Shown here: piece by piece, positions 1 to 14,369 of the stretch
How the letters are laid out: every line of letters begins with the position of its first letter
Position numbering within the stretch: position 1 is the first letter of the stretch
Assembly (NCBI GenBank): GCA_964016885.1
Contig: OZ024746.1
Coordinates: 38,316,001 to 38,380,000, forward strand
Direction: 5' to 3'
DNA from: Eledone cirrhosa
Taxonomy: Eukaryota
Length of the DNA: 64,000 nt
Position numbers and translations under genes: made by a program
Notes under the pieces: model-generated
What the model saw: only the letters and a program-made list of their open reading frames with translations
What the model was told of the DNA's origin: nothing
The model's database searches: none

Positions 1-2259
1 ACTTTAGGTACAGATGCCAGACTTGTTCGGAGGCCTCTTGGTGGACGTCTACTGCAACTGGCAACAGAACGGGAGGATTCCCACCTCTGTGAGCCGAGGA
101 GCTGTGGCGCTGCTGAGAAAGGATCCGAACAAGGGGGATAGTATAGATAATTTTAGACCCATAACTCTGCTAAACACAGAGTTCAAGATTTTGGCCAAGG
201 TGCTAGCAAAGAGTTTGGCGCTTGTCGTTGGTGGTCTGGTGGGAGAGGCGCAGACATGCGCCATTCCCGACAGATCCATCCACGACAACCTCCACCTCAT
301 GCGATACATCGTAGAGAGGGTAGCTAGGGAATCTTGCACGGGTGGGTCCTTGATCAATTTAGATCAGTCGAAAGCTTCCGATAGGGTCGATCATCATTAC
401 CTAGCGGCAGTCCTGAGGGCGGCTGGCTTTGGGCCCGTCTTCAGAGGCTGGATCGCTGCTATGCACAGCGACATCTGCTCTGTGGTGAGAGTGAACGGTC
501 ACCTTTCGGAACCATTCAACATCATGCGCTCAGTCCGCCAAGGATGTCCACTCTCGTCCCTCTTGTACGTATTGCCTCTCGATCCATTACTGCACAAATT
601 GGAGACGCTGAGGGGTTCCCGCGCGAACTAGGATGGGGAAGATCCGTGTCAGCATATGCGGACGATGTCACCGTAGTGGTGTCGAACGCCAAACACATCG
701 AGGCGATCGGCACTACACTAAGAGAATACGAAACGGTGACATGGGCAATGATCAACCAGGAAAAGTCAGTGGGCCTGCAGCTCGGCCCCTGGACAGACGG
801 ACCAGTTAAATTGCTCGGGGCCTGGTTCGGTCCGGATCTCCAGACGGACAAAAACTGGGACGAGGTGACGAGCAGGGTGGCATCTCTCATCCAGACATGG
901 GCCGAGAGGAAGCTATCCCTGAAAGGTCGAGCGGAGGTGGATAACGCGTATATCGCGTCCGTCACCTACTACCGCCTAACCGTCGTACCTTGTCCTAAGC
1001 CCCGCCTGACTGCGCTGGAGCGTTTGCTCTTTCGCTTTTTGTGGAAGGGACGCGCTCCGATGGTCAGGCGATCCATCTGCTGTCAACTCCCGCAACGTGG
1101 AGGGCTGGGAATGCCGTGGCTGATGATGCGCAGACACGCGCTCAGTCTACGACATCTCCACCTCTTCCTCGACGGTGATCAGGTGTGGTCTGCGTTTGCT
1201 AGACGCGTCTTTCCCCAGCTGTCTCCTTGACGGAGCAGCAGTCATGGGTCAAGCGAAGACCCAGGGGGAGCGCTTGGAGACTGGAATGTCTTCAGGCGCT
1301 CACAGCCCTCGACCAATCGGGCAATGTGATCGGTGGAAACTCCACCTTTGCGTTCTATAGAGGATTATTGGAGAGGAAGAGCGACGACGTACTTGGGGAA
1401 ACTCTAGGCGTCGACGAAAATCAACTAACCAATCTCTTCGGAAGAACTTTCGGGCCGGGGCCTATGGACAACTTCCAGAAATCCCTGGCCTGGCAGTGCT
1501 ACCGAGGAGCTTTGCCAGTTCGGGATAAACTCTACAGTCATGGAGGTGCCGTCAGCCGGGCATGTCCGAGATGCGCGCAGGGCGACGAAACCGTCCTGCA
1601 CGCACTCGTCCAGTGTCCGAGCATTGCTGACTTGTGGGTTTATGTCGAACACCTGCTGTCGCGTGTGGGACGGAGCAAGCTATCAGCTGAGTCCTTAGTG
1701 AGGATTGACCCGCCCTCTTCCTTTAGCCGGGAAGGGCAAGCAGTTTTTATCTGTCTGGTGGCTATGGCGAAAGAGATAGTATGGTGGACACGTTTGAAAG
1801 GGCTGAAGACGAGCACTTACTTCTTTGATGATGCCCTTATTAACTTTTTCAAATTTCATTTGAAAAGGAAAATCAGCGTAGAAAGGAAAGTGCTCTCTTC
1901 CCAGCATTTTATTGAAACATGGGTGAGAGAGGCAAGAATGGCCCGAATGAAGTATGTGTCTGTATGTGTCTGAGTATGTGTCTGTAAATTAAAGGTGGAA
2001 AACTAGGAGAGGGCACTTGCCCTGGTGGTCAGGGTCACTGTGGCTTTTTAATGGGCTTTCTCCACGAATGTCCCTCGGAAGTCTCCCCCTATTGGGGAAT
2101 TTTTTTCATTGTTCTATTATTACATCCTCTGTTTCTTGTTTTTTACACGCAGAAATGCCCATTTGTACTGCCCTGTATTGTCCTGTACTGTCTTTAATGT
2201 CTACATTATGTAGACCCTTGTGGTTAATAAAGAAAGCATTAATATTATATATTATTATT
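1..2259 (+). mobile_element. L1/Tx1-clade LINE, 3' part of decayed ORF2 (RT plus C-terminal Cys/His finger), 3' UTR and ATT tail; runs off the window start
   Basis: Frameshifted ORFs 14-631, 544-1230 and 1227-1973 give RT motifs NFRPITLLN, QGCPLS, YADD and the C-terminal CPRC..ETVLHALVQC. AATAAA at ~2225 is followed by ATT repeats. Clearly homologous to 36716-38989. Confidence 0.93.
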
Positions 2260-4026
2260 GTTGTTATTCCTTGAATCTCAGTCATTGATGTTGGTTAACT
2301 GGAAAGTCCGTTGGATTGAATATCAAGCCACTACCTGCAGCCTCAGATATTCAGGACGTATCGGAGGGTTCTTGCTGTTCCAAGCAAGCATGCCTTTTGA
2401 AGCGTTCCAAAAAAGCGTGAAGGGGCCGATTTTCTTTAACCATCCCTGGAAACTTTTGGAGATAGTCCCCAGTGCGCCTATGACAATCGGGATCACTTTG
2501 ACTTCATGGCAGTTCCAAGTCCTTTTCACCTCCCACTTTAGGTCCTGGTATCGGTTAATTTTCTCCCTCTCCTTCTCTTGCACTCTCGTGTCGAACGGGC
2601 AGGCCACATCCACAATCAGACACGATCTTTTTTCTTTGTCCACAACCACCAGGTCAGGTCTATTGTGTTCCAGTTTTTTGTCCGTCTGTATCCTAAAATC
2701 CCACAGCACCTTCACCTGATTGTTCTCCATCACCGCCTCTGGCCTATGCTCATACCATTTCTCAGAATGTGGTAAATTGTTTACTTTGCACAGGTGCCAG
2801 TGGATCACCCTGCCCATCACATCGTGTCTCCAGCCCTTATAGTGCGTCTGGGCTAGGTGTTTACACTCGGACACAATGTGAGCCACAGTCTCTTCTCTCC
2901 CTCCACAGATCCTGCACAGTGGGCTAACCTCCTCCTTGTAGATATGGTGCTTCAACCACTTCGTTTTGAGGGCCTGCTCCTGCGCAGCCATTAGCATTCC
3001 TTCTGTAGCCTTTTTGAGGTCTCCTCTTCTCAACCAGTTCCATGTCTGTGGATCTCTAAATTCAGTTTTCTCAAAGAAGGTACTATGAAGGGATTTTCCC
3101 TTAAGGCTGCTCTTCCTCCTTGATGTTATTTCCTCCTTGGACATCCCCTGGCCTACTGTCCCCTCCTTCAGTACAGTTCTGAGCATTGGCTCCTTACTAT
3201 AGGTCACGTATTTGTATAGGTTGTTTTTCTCCATCTGAACACAGTCCTCTATGCTGATAAGACCTCTTCCACCCTCAGATCTCCTTAGGTAGAGTCTATC
3301 GACATCACTCCTCTTGTGGAACATGTTGTAGATAGTCAATAGCTTCCTAGTCTTCCTATCCATTTCTTTTTGTTCAGCAACATTCCATCTCAGAATTCCC
3401 GCACTGTACCTAATAATAGACACAGCTCGGGAATTTACTGCGCTTATGGCATTTCTGCTGTTCAGATGTGACTTCAATACGCTCCTTACTCTCCAAATGT
3501 ATTCAGTTCTTAACAATTCCTTCATTTTTTTGTTCTTTATGCCATCAGCCTCCAGAACGCCCAAATACTTGTATCCTTCCTCAGAGTCAATTTCCTTTAT
3601 CATCTCACCTGTTGGTATCTGGATCCCGTTACTTCTGCTCAACCTACCCCTCTTCATCACAATGACTCCACATTTACCAATACCAAACTGCATACATATA
3701 TCACTGCTGAAAATACGGACAGTGTCAACAAGCACATCCAACTCCTTCTCACTTTTCCCGAAGAGCTTAAGATCGTCCATGAAGAGGAGGTGATTGATGG
3801 TAAGCTCTCCCCTTCCCAACTTGTATCCTGCTCTCACTTTTCGCAGCATAATGGTCAAGGGCATCAGGGCAAGGACAAACAACAGAGGGGACAGGCTATC
3901 TCCCTGGAAGATACCTCTCTTGATCTTCACGCTTCCCAAGGATACTCCAGTTGATGTCAACTCTGTCTCCCAGGACCCCATACTCCTGCCCAGCAACTGT
4001 CTGATGTTATCTGCCACCCTGAAAAT
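2260..4026 (-). mobile_element. 5'-truncated R4/Dong-clade non-LTR retrotransposon (RT, CCHC, restriction-like endonuclease)
   Basis: 564-aa ORF 2323-4017 with [45 protein letters not shown] and IVIGALG. A 1-bp A insertion near 2410 shifts the last codons relative to the copy at 28474. Both sides are (ATT)n, with atatattattatt at 2247-2259 and 4025-4037 as a possible TSD. Confidence 0.93.
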
Positions 4027-4027
4027 A

Positions 4028-4028
<1 letters not shown>

Positions 4029-4114
<86 letters not shown>
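4029..4114. repeat. (ATT)n microsatellite
   Basis: Perfect trinucleotide run. Confidence 0.98.
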
Positions 4115-4115
<1 letters not shown>

Positions 4116-5364
4116 TTTTGTTTTGAATATATTTGATAATGGATTATTAATATATTTAAAAATATACGCAAATAAGCGATCACCAGGAAGGAAATCTTTA
4201 TTTTCCCTGAAGCCGCACCCCTTTGGTAATGGATAATTAAACCGAACATTTTGGGGATTATTAAATTTCTAATGTAACTTTCAGTCATTCGTCCTTGGGC
4301 AGTCAGATAAATCTGGTTAATTGATTCCTCCACACAAGAAACCCCTACCTCATAGTTTTTGTGGCCGGTATAATCGTTCTACTTATGATTTTAGTATTTT
4401 TCTGGTTAGTTCTAATAGAGGTTTGTGTGTTTATGACAGAATATTTAACCTGTATCTCTTCACCCATGTATATTTAAAATTTCCCAAGAGATGTAGAAAT
4501 TATCTAAATATGAAAATCAGCAAATAGGTATAACTAGAAAATTCGAAGCAATTCTAAAAAACAGATGTATTGAGAGTGATTTGAAACATATGTAGATATG
4601 TATAACTAGGAATTAGAATTCACAAAAAATAGCACTAAACTTTATGCTTGCTTACTACTTAGAGTACTATAAGAGAAAATGCAAGAAGGAAGAAAATATA
4701 GAAGAAAGGAAAAAAGAAAAAGGCAAAGAAGCAAACAAAAAAGAAGGAAAGAAGGAATGCGAGATAATGAAATAAATAAATAGAGAAGAAATCAAAAGTG
4801 TGATATTGTAAAACAAAGAATAATAGATTGATTCTTAGAATAAATGTAAGAATAAAATAAAACAAAAACTGATAAAAATAATATTAGGAATAACTAATGG
4901 ATAAAATACCTCCAATAAAAGAGAAGTTTCGAATGAAGAGCAATAAAATCAATGCCATCTGTCGTTGGAAAGAAGTGTGCAAGAATTCCGACTTTATTAT
5001 AGAAAAATATTTTGAAATTATTTCAGTAAATTGTTTTTCCTTAGAGTATTGAAACATTTTTTGTACGAACAGTAAAAAAGAGAAAAGTATTGGCCTTTGG
5101 TATGAAGTCGATTGTTGGTAACCGTTTTCATTTAAAATTGTTATCGCTTTTGTTGCTGTTACTCAGCTCCTACATACACACATACAGACACACAGCAAGT
5201 GAGAAAAATCGGATGGAACCACAGTAAATAGGGTACTCAATACATAAGTGCAGTGATGACAGAGATTTATATAGAAAAGGTTTCTACGGGAGTAGAACTG
5301 TTTCATTCGTATGAAACAGTCCTAGTCCTGTGGAAATCGTTTTTACGTAAATCTCTTTCTCTCG

Positions 5365-5424
<60 letters not shown>

Positions 5425-5825
5425 TTATATATTAGAAAGTGAGGTTTTTGTTTACAAATTGAAAAATAACCGAGGTGTCCTACACGAGTGAAAGTATAAA
5501 GAAAAAGAGATGAAATCTAAAATGCAACTTGAGTCTTATTTTTTTTTTTTAATATATATATTAATTTGGTTCCTTTACCGGTTTCGCAGTTCTTCTGCTT
5601 TTCAAAAGGTGAGTTGAGATGGAGGGTCTGTGGTTTTTCTCACATCTGGTTGGTCTCTGAATGTTACTTGTTTTATATGGAAAAAGTGGCTCGAAATGCC
5701 AGGTTTTTCGAGAAGTAATTTGATTGGTTTGTCAATAATTATAATAAATTTCGCGCCAGTTCGCGTTACAATAGTTCTTCAAATAAGAGGGGGTGTTGTC
5801 ACAGGTTGTTATTTCATATATGAGA

Positions 5826-6677
5826 GTTTGAATTTCTTTTTACTTGAAAAAAGGAGCCCACGAAGGCTTTTTTTTGGTTGGTTATAAATGAAATTATGGT
5901 TGTCACGTGAACAAGTTTTCATTAAATTTTCGTGCCCTTATTTGGAAATCCATTCTGTAGCCTTTTTAGAGACTTTTATGATAAGTGAAAGATAATTGTT
6001 TCTACTTTAGGCACAATGCCAGCAATTACCCAGTGCATTACTGGTACTTTATTTTATCGACCCCGTAAGGATGAAAGGCAAAGTCAACCTCGGCGGGATT
6101 TGAACTCAGATCATAAAGGGACGTAACTATGCTGGAAAGCATGGCTTCCGACTCTCTACCGATACTGCCAATCCACCGCCCTCTCTATGATAAGTGAAAG
6201 ATAATGGTCAAGAGAAAGGGATAGGAGAATTGTTCTGGTTCAGTGAATATGGTTAGTTCGCTGGAGTGTCAGAATTCTGATTTTCTATTGAATAAAGAAA
6301 GTAAAGATATGTATGTTTATTTGTGTGCTTGTGTGTGTGTGTGCGTGTGTGTGTGCGTGTGTTGTGTGTGTGTGTGTTTGAATTTCTTCACTTAAAAAAA
6401 AGGGTGGATCACGAAGGCTTTTTTTTAATAAACGTGATTTGATTGGTTATAAATGAAATGTAGTTGTCACGTGAACAAGTTTTCATTACATTTTCACGCC
6501 CTTATTTGGAAATCTATTCTGTAGCCTTTATAGAGAATGTTATGACAATGGAAAGATAGTGGTCAAGAGAAATGGGATTGGGAGAATTCTTCTGGTTCAG
6601 TGAATATGGTTAGTTCGCTGGGGTGTTAGAGTACAGATTTTCTATTGAAGTAAAGATATGTATGTTTATTTGTGTGC

Positions 6678-6680
<3 letters not shown>
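5826..6680. repeat. Diverged local tandem duplication of a ~300-bp unit; first copy interrupted by a SINE
   Basis: 5826-6340 (without the SINE) aligns with 6376-6680, e.g. gttgtcacgtgaacaagttttcatta and ttctggttcagtgaatatggttagttcgctgg occur in both. Confidence 0.85.
5997..6185 (-). mobile_element. tRNA-derived SINE, full length, 20-bp TSD
   Basis: A-box-like TGGCAGTATCGG, B-box GAGTTCAAATCC, core gcctttcatccttacggggtcgataaaataaagtaccag. TSD tatgataagtgaaagataat at 5977-5996 and 6186-6205. Confidence 0.92.
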
Positions 6681-6739
<59 letters not shown>

Positions 6740-7773
6740 TGGAAGATGATTCTATTAGTAGAAATGGGGGAGGGAGTCATGTGTGTGTATACGGGTGTTA
6801 TGTGTGTGTGTGTGCGAGTATGTTAAGATGGAGAGAATATATATTTTGTGTGTGTGTATATATGTGTGTAGGAAAGTGGTTCTATTAGTAGAAATGGGGG
6901 AGGGAGTTGTGTGTGTGGGGGTTGTTATGTGTGTGTATGGGTGTTATGTGTGTTGGAGTATGGTTAGCATGTTAAGATGAAGAGAATATATATATATATA
7001 TAGTATGTGTGTGTGTGTGTAGGAAAATGATTCCTTTAGTAGGAATATTTTTGAATGAACATATTTTCCTTACTTATTCGTATTTGTTCTGTTGTATTGT
7101 CAGTGCAAACGTATGTTAAGGTTTATTTAGTTCGGGTTTTTATTTTCTAAAGTAGAAGTTGTTATGTGTGTGTGTGTATGTCATATTATGGTGTTGACAT
7201 AATGTATATTAAACCATATTTAATGCTGGTCTATATTTTTGAATAAACATATTTTTTTTATTTATTCGTATTTGTTCTTATATTTATATATATATACATA
7301 TATATGTGTGTGTGTTTTTGTATTTATAATATTTATATATATATAGGGTGTCACATAAAATGTATATGCACTTTTGTATATGTGTGTATGCACACACACA
7401 CACACACACACACATACATACATATATACATATATATATGTATGTCTATTGTGAACGATACTGATGACGGTAATGATGAGAATCAATAGAAGAAATAGTA
7501 CTTTGTTGCTTTAGGTAATCCTTCTCCTCTTTTTTCTTTTTGTTTTGCTTTTCTTAATTTAGTGGAAGAGACGTTTTATTTTCTCGTCCTCACACGATAT
7601 TATTCCACACATAGTTTTCTTTTTGTTGTTTTCATGTTGTAGCTGCTGTTGTATTGTTTATAGAGATGCGGCTGCTATTATTCTGTGGATGCTGTTATAG
7701 TTGTTGGTAATAAGGACGAAGAAGTTCATATATTGGTGATAACAGAGACGATGAAGACAATGATGATGACGAC

Positions 7774-7927
7774 GAGAAGAAGAAGAAGAAGAAGAAGAAG
7801 AAGAAGAAGAAGAAGAAGAAGAAGAAGAAGAAGAAGAAGAAGAAGAAGAAGAAGAAGAAGAAGAAGAAGAAGAAGAAGAAGAAGAAGAAGAAGAAGAAGA
7901 AGAAGAAGAAGAAGAAGAAGAAGAAGA
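7774..7927. repeat. (AAG)n microsatellite
   Basis: Perfect run of about 50 units. Confidence 0.98.
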
Positions 7928-10900
7928 ATGGAAATCTGTGTCACAGTTTGCCAATTCTATACTTCTCAATAGATTTTCTTGAATAGAGGCAAATGCAATG
8001 TGATTGTGTAATGTAAAGAGTGGCGTAATGCTATGTTAGGAGAATTTCGCATTAAAATCTCGACACAATTCCAACAGGCCATGCTTAATGATATACAAGC
8101 ATAAATAATAAATATTTTCGTCATTTTGAACCCAGGTGGCCAAGAGTGGCGCGTGACCAATGTTGTTGGACACAACAAATGGAGTCTTCTCCTCCAGAAG
8201 TTACAATACCCTAATAATGATGAGGATCATGTTATGGTTATCCCAATATCATGAACACGTTGGGAGTAATCCATATTTCATCTCTGGAAACAGTCGCGAG
8301 AGTCCAAAAATCTGCTCAATATTTTGCAGCTTCAAATGTCAACATAAATTATCCAACATACACACATACACGCACTGTGCCGTTCCAATTACAATAAATA
8401 TGTACATATAAATTTCCACACTACATCAACAAAGTCTCAGCACACAATACCATGGCACAGACATAAAACAAACGCAGCATACGCATTTATAGATCACATT
8501 TGCAATGCGTACGTACAACGTCTTGCACACATTTGAGTTGCTGTCCACACATTGTAAAACTCATTTCTCTTCGTATTTTTCTTTATCTCATTCATTTGCC
8601 TTTCAGACATTAACCACGGAAGGTGTTTGGTTCTCAGTTCTTTCTTTTCTTATTTTTTTTTATATTTTTTTATGATGAAAGACATATTATAATCTTCTTT
8701 ATCCCACCGTGAAAATTATATACTAACCTTGTATTGCCATCATTCATCTGCTTTTGTTTGGTTTTTAAATACTTCTTTGCATTTATATATTTTAATAAAG
8801 CAGGGTGAGGAAAAAATACAAATTGTGATACAATCCACACATTTGGTATGAAAACTAACAATGTCACCATAAACCAAAATCGACACATGGCCACCTACAT
8901 GTATACCAGTTTCCAAGATGGCAAAGCCTTTTCAAATATGGCGGCAAAATTGATTTACATTTTGTACATTTACATCCTGCAAGCCATACAGCTTATTCTG
9001 TAGATTATATTCCCATAACAACTACTTCAATATCTGAGCTTTTTAAGATAACAGCCGAAAGGCTTTCATGAATTACTGAATAAGAAGCATGCAGAAAGAA
9101 GACTACGTTACTTATCTATTCATAAATGTAGCGTTGCAAACCGAAGGAATCCGGTGGTGTCATGCTACAAAATAAGGAGTCCTTTTTTATGCCAATGAAA
9201 TATGTTTGATCAATTGCTTTGAGAATTCTGTATGCAAAGAATGCAAACATCAAAGATTTTCTATTCATTTTCTATACAAATTGCTTGGAGTATCGCAGTA
9301 CTCGCAACTCTGCCAGGAAATTCTTTAGTATATGTTTTTCATGCTGCATTTATTGTAAAAATTAAACGGATGTGTGCTTATTTGAGTTTCTGTATCCGTT
9401 TCTGTAATTTGAACTGTACCTCATCCTTTGAAAAAAACTGAAATGTTGACCTCCATGTCACAAACAGAACATTTGCAAGTTCTGCATAGCCCATTATGAT
9501 AAGATCAGCTGTAGGTTCTTTTACATGGATATCTGATGCATGTTGTTTTAGTAGAGACAACATTTTTGATTTGTTGCCGTTGTCCACTCTGAGCCAGTGC
9601 TGGTGATGAATTCCGGTTTTCATGCTGATATAACTGAATCAGAACATATTGTTCAATCTGGAGTGAGGTTAACTAGGTTAAGAACAGATTACCGTTACTC
9701 TTTAACATCTGCAATGGACTCTGATTTCGAACTGAACAATAACATTTTGTTCTTGCGCATTTGCTATTATACCCTACTTGTCTTCAACCTCTCTGTAAAA
9801 ATCTATGAATTGTTCCCTTCCACGGCTCTGCTTAGTTCTCACTGAATCGGTCACTTTTGTCTCTACTACTGCATGATTATCTAACGCAATCATACCCACT
9901 TAATCATCTTCAAAACGATTGTCCATTTCTCTTCTAATACATTTAAGGTTCTCCACTCTTTAAAGGTTCTAATTTATTTACGTTAAGAAATGAACTGATT
10001 ACTTTGAAGTTACTTCAACCCCATAAATTACCTTCCCGTGTGGTTCGATTGTAAACGACTATTGTTTCGTTAATTGGAGCCATTTAGACGATGATGTTTA
10101 GGTATGTTGGGTGATTATCATCTGCTCATTGCAGATGAAAGGTGCGGTTCATCTTCCTTAAAGAATTGATATCAATAGCTTGACATTAAATGAACAGTCA
10201 TTATTGATTTAAAATGCAATTAAGCTTTAACACGTAATTTAAAAGTAACCATTTAGAAAGCATGGCCACCATCTGTAAATTTAGTAGCATTCGAAGTGGC
10301 CGGAAGGTGTTTATGAAAAGGTATACTAAAGAGAGCTGGTCCGAATTTCATACTTCTTCTTCTTCGATTTTTTCTTCATCGTCAACCTCGACATCATCGT
10401 CTTCATAGACAGAAGGAACCCCCCCCCCCTCCCCCCATTGACGATACACAAAACAAAAAGAAAAAATAACATCAACGACACGCGCACCTACGAAATTCAC
10501 TTCATCTGCGCACATATTACATTACCAGTGATAGTATCGGTATCTCTGCTTCGACCACCAACCCCACGCGCCGGACTATTTACCTGCGCACCTCACCCAT
10601 GTTGATAAACCTTTTTTTCAATGTTCCTCTTTTTCCTGATGAAAGACTAACGTCTGATTTGAAGCCTAAATTTTCTTTTTCCAACAAAGTGAAACAAATA
10701 AGACTTTGTATTATTGAATTTCTATGGTCGTTTCGTTTATCTTGAACTATATATGTGCGTGTATGCACGTGCGGCAGTGTGTGTGGGGGTACAGCCAATC
10801 TGAAGCCGTGAGTACTCTCCTTTGATTCTATACCGTATCTCATTATGGAGTTAAACGCATTCATTGAAAGATACATACATATGTATAAGGAGTAGTGTAT

Positions 10901-13456
10901 ATTAGTTTTTGAACCTTAACATGCTGTTCCCCTATTTCCAATATAATAATGAGAATTCAAAACCTGCAAAGTCCACTTGATTAGTATTGTACTAAGGCAG
11001 GGATATTGTAGAATAAGGTTTGTATACCTTTTGGTTTATATATTTTTGTCATTTTTGTTGTTGTTTATATCCGGACCACATCTTATTGAAAGGATCTATG
11101 ACAAAGGTCTCTCTAGTTGTGACCATTACGGGTCTTTTTTTTTCAGTTATGATATATCTAGAAAAACATTTTGTTTATTCTTTTTTAGTTATGTTTTCTT
11201 GCTGTTATTGTTGTTGTTTATATTTTTCAAACAGCCCCCCCCCCCCCCCCCCAATATACATTCCAACGCTGGTTCGTTATTGCCAGTGTTATTCCAATTT
11301 CATAATCTTTCATAATTTACCGCACTGTTATATTTTATTGTTCTCTGTGGAACAATGATAACCTACACTGCTGGAAATTATTGTTTTGTTTTTTTTGCTT
11401 AATACTTGTGCTGCTACTGATGAAGTTACCACTATTGTTAATCGCCATTTCTAGTTTATGTCTTGCAGTCTTTCACAATGACCCTATTTTAGTTCTCAGC
11501 TGAGACTACTTCAGTTACAATACTGATTCTGTGCTTTTAGGAAAATACTATTAATAGAGTCAGTATAGGTTATTCGTTATAATTTCTATGAATGTTATAC
11601 GTTCAGACTTCACCTTTGTCTTGCCGTGAAGTTTTCTTATCTATGAACTCTTGTATTCAATAAAATAAGTAACAACCAAGAATTCAAGATAATTATCGAC
11701 AACATCCTACGTCCAGAAATGTGTGACCTAACACTGGTACAGCAACGTACAAAATGCTTTTCAGATTTTATTTCAAATTCTACTTCAGTGAACATAGCAA
11801 TTCTTATTCATTGACTCGATGAAATAAATACCAGATAAGTATTCAGATAGGTTTAAATTATTGTTCACATCATAATATGTGGCATGCTAGAAACGATGAT
11901 AATCATGACTCCTAATTTGTCAGAAACACAACAAATATTTTTCACATATTAAATAGAATTGTATATATCTTCAAGAATTAGAGATATAAAGGTCCAGGTA
12001 AAACATCTTTTTTTTTTTTTAAATATTAAAATTAAATGTCACAAGTCAACAAGTCAAAGTTTACATGGCATAATGAATATACGACCAGTAAGCAATACAG
12101 CATTTCACACGCTAGCTACTAGAAAACGATTGATGTGTCCAACAGTCTTGCCGAAAATGCATGCAACTCTAGAATGTGCACACATTTTCCTCTCTAACGT
12201 CATTACTTCTTACGGGAAAAATATCGTCAGATACTTTTTTGATCGAACTGATATACACAGGCAAGCTCGCACACACATGCACAGACGCACGTGTGTGTGT
12301 ATATGTATGTGAGGATATTTCAAATAATAGTAGTACTTGGAATTATGTTAACTGTGACAAACTAACTTTCTTCATTTCTATACACGCTGGCCTTGTTAAA
12401 CATCAACCCTAAATCCACGCTCCTGGCGTCCTTTCGTTTCTTTTTCTTTGTTTCTATCTGTTTCTTTGTTTTCATTCTTTCTTGCCTTTTGTTTGTTTGC
12501 CTTTGTTTGTTTATCTATGAGCTAGGCACAATTTATTTCTCTCTACGATTGTCTTGAATAATTTTCCATATTGTTGACTATCGACTTCTAATTGTAGCCA
12601 CCATCTGCAATGGCGTCCTTTATTCCTTTCTTGTGTGTCCCCTGTTTAGCTGGTTGTGATTATTTTTTCTTTCTCTCCAGGCCAAATGGGCCGTATTTTT
12701 TTTCCATTGTGTCATTCCCTGTTTGTTGTATGTGTGTTTTCTAATACTAAGAACAGAGATTGTGTAATCATCGCATCACAGCCTTACAATATATTTTTTT
12801 TATTTGTACTCTTCTTGATGTTAACCACACTAACCATGGCACACAGAGTGTAAATGTCTGAACAAATACCGCAAATTAATTTGGCCAATACTCTAATAAT
12901 TCCGGTAATACAATATCTAGATTTATATTATGTTTTATTAACCTGATATGATGGGCTTGCCATTTGTTTTTATTGCTTCTTAAAGTAAGAAAATGAACGT
13001 TGACATCGGTGGTATTTGAAAGCAGAACGTGTAAACCAGAAAAAAGTGGAATTTATTTTATCCGACGCGACAACCATCCTGTCAATTCCCGTCCTCATAT
13101 TCAACTATAATTTGCTTCAAAATCTGTAGCATCGTGCTTATTTTGAAAATTGTTATTTTATTTAAACACGAGAGTTGAACACAGAATTTGTAGCGTAGCA
13201 TGCGGTTACTATACATTGTGATCTTTAGATGCATTCTTCACGTTCAATTGCCACTGGTTTTGAAACTTCTCTTTAGTGTTTCCTATCTAAAATATAGAAA
13301 GAATAAAGAAAAGTCGTCAAAATAAAAGCACAAACAAATAAGTACCAACCATAAAACTGGATCAACGTAAGTGCATCTGTGATTATATATACACTGCAAA
13401 AACATGTTTAGCCTAATATTGAATTCAGAAACCATTATTATGAGATTTATTAAAGG

Positions 13457-13895
13457 AAAGGGTGTTTTGACAGAATCGTTAGAGTGTCGGACACAATACT
13501 TTGAGGTATATCGTTATGTCCTTTTACGTTCTTAGTTAAAATCCCTTACGGGGTTGATAAAATAAATTACCAGGAACATACTTGAGTCGATTTAGTTGGC
13601 TTTCCCCTCCCTTAAAATTGTTGGACTTGTACCCTGATCAGAAACAGTTATTACTATCATATTTATGAAAGGAGGAGGTGCATTGGCAGAATCGTTAGAG
13701 CATCGGGTACAATGCTTTGAGGCATTTATTTACAGCCTTTTACGTTATGAGTTCAAATCTCGCACCCACTAAGTTGTCTTTCATCCTTACGGAGTCGAAT
13801 AAGTAAAGTGCCAGTCTTGTAGTGGGGTCGATTTAATCGATTTTCTCTTTCTACCCAATTGCTCTGTCATGTAACTAATGTAGAAATCATTATTA
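13457..13895 (+). mobile_element. Two older, diverged SINE copies in tandem (longer relative of the same family)
   Basis: ggcagaatcgttagag heads, gagttcaaatc B box in the second copy, ccttacgg core, gtagaaatcattatt end. Confidence 0.75.
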
Positions 13896-14333
13896 TAATT
13901 ATGATAGTCTCCATTGCCACATGGCGAGCGGCCATGTTCCTTTAAATTCTAATGTAAAATGCAAGGAAAATACTAACAGTGAAGACAAGATGAGCAATAC
14001 ATGATTGCTGTTTTCCACTAATAGAAGCTTCGTGAAATTGCTAAATAAAGAATGGGACACTGGGCAAGATATTGTTGATTGAATATCACTGATTGAATGC
14101 TTGCATGATAAATGCCGATTTGAGAGTGAAGAACAACAGCAAACACATACCAGACCTTCATAAAATCGATATTAACGTAGCTATCCAAACCAAACCACAC
14201 TAGATTTTAGGCCGCATGCTTATATTAGAATTGATAAAATTCATTACGAAATTAGTTAATTTACTTGCTTTTCAAATGCTACATGTATTATCGTAGACAC
14301 ACACACAGTCAAGCACACATACATGCACTACTC

Positions 14334-14369
<36 letters not shown>

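Noticed and set aside
522-965. Antisense and alternate-frame ORFs over LINE and Dong coding regions
   Set aside because: Shadows of the retrotransposon ORFs; recurrence between copies reflects element homology.
7658-7972. Poly-Arg/Ser/Leu ORFs, and similar poly-Val/Thr/Asp/His ORFs at 16.8, 38.9, 56.2 and 57.7-59.7 kb
   Set aside because: Trinucleotide repeat artefacts with no other coding signal.
8900-10300. Coding-like unique stretch, possibly a decayed transposon ORF on the - strand
   Set aside because: Only short broken frames; no motif I can assign.
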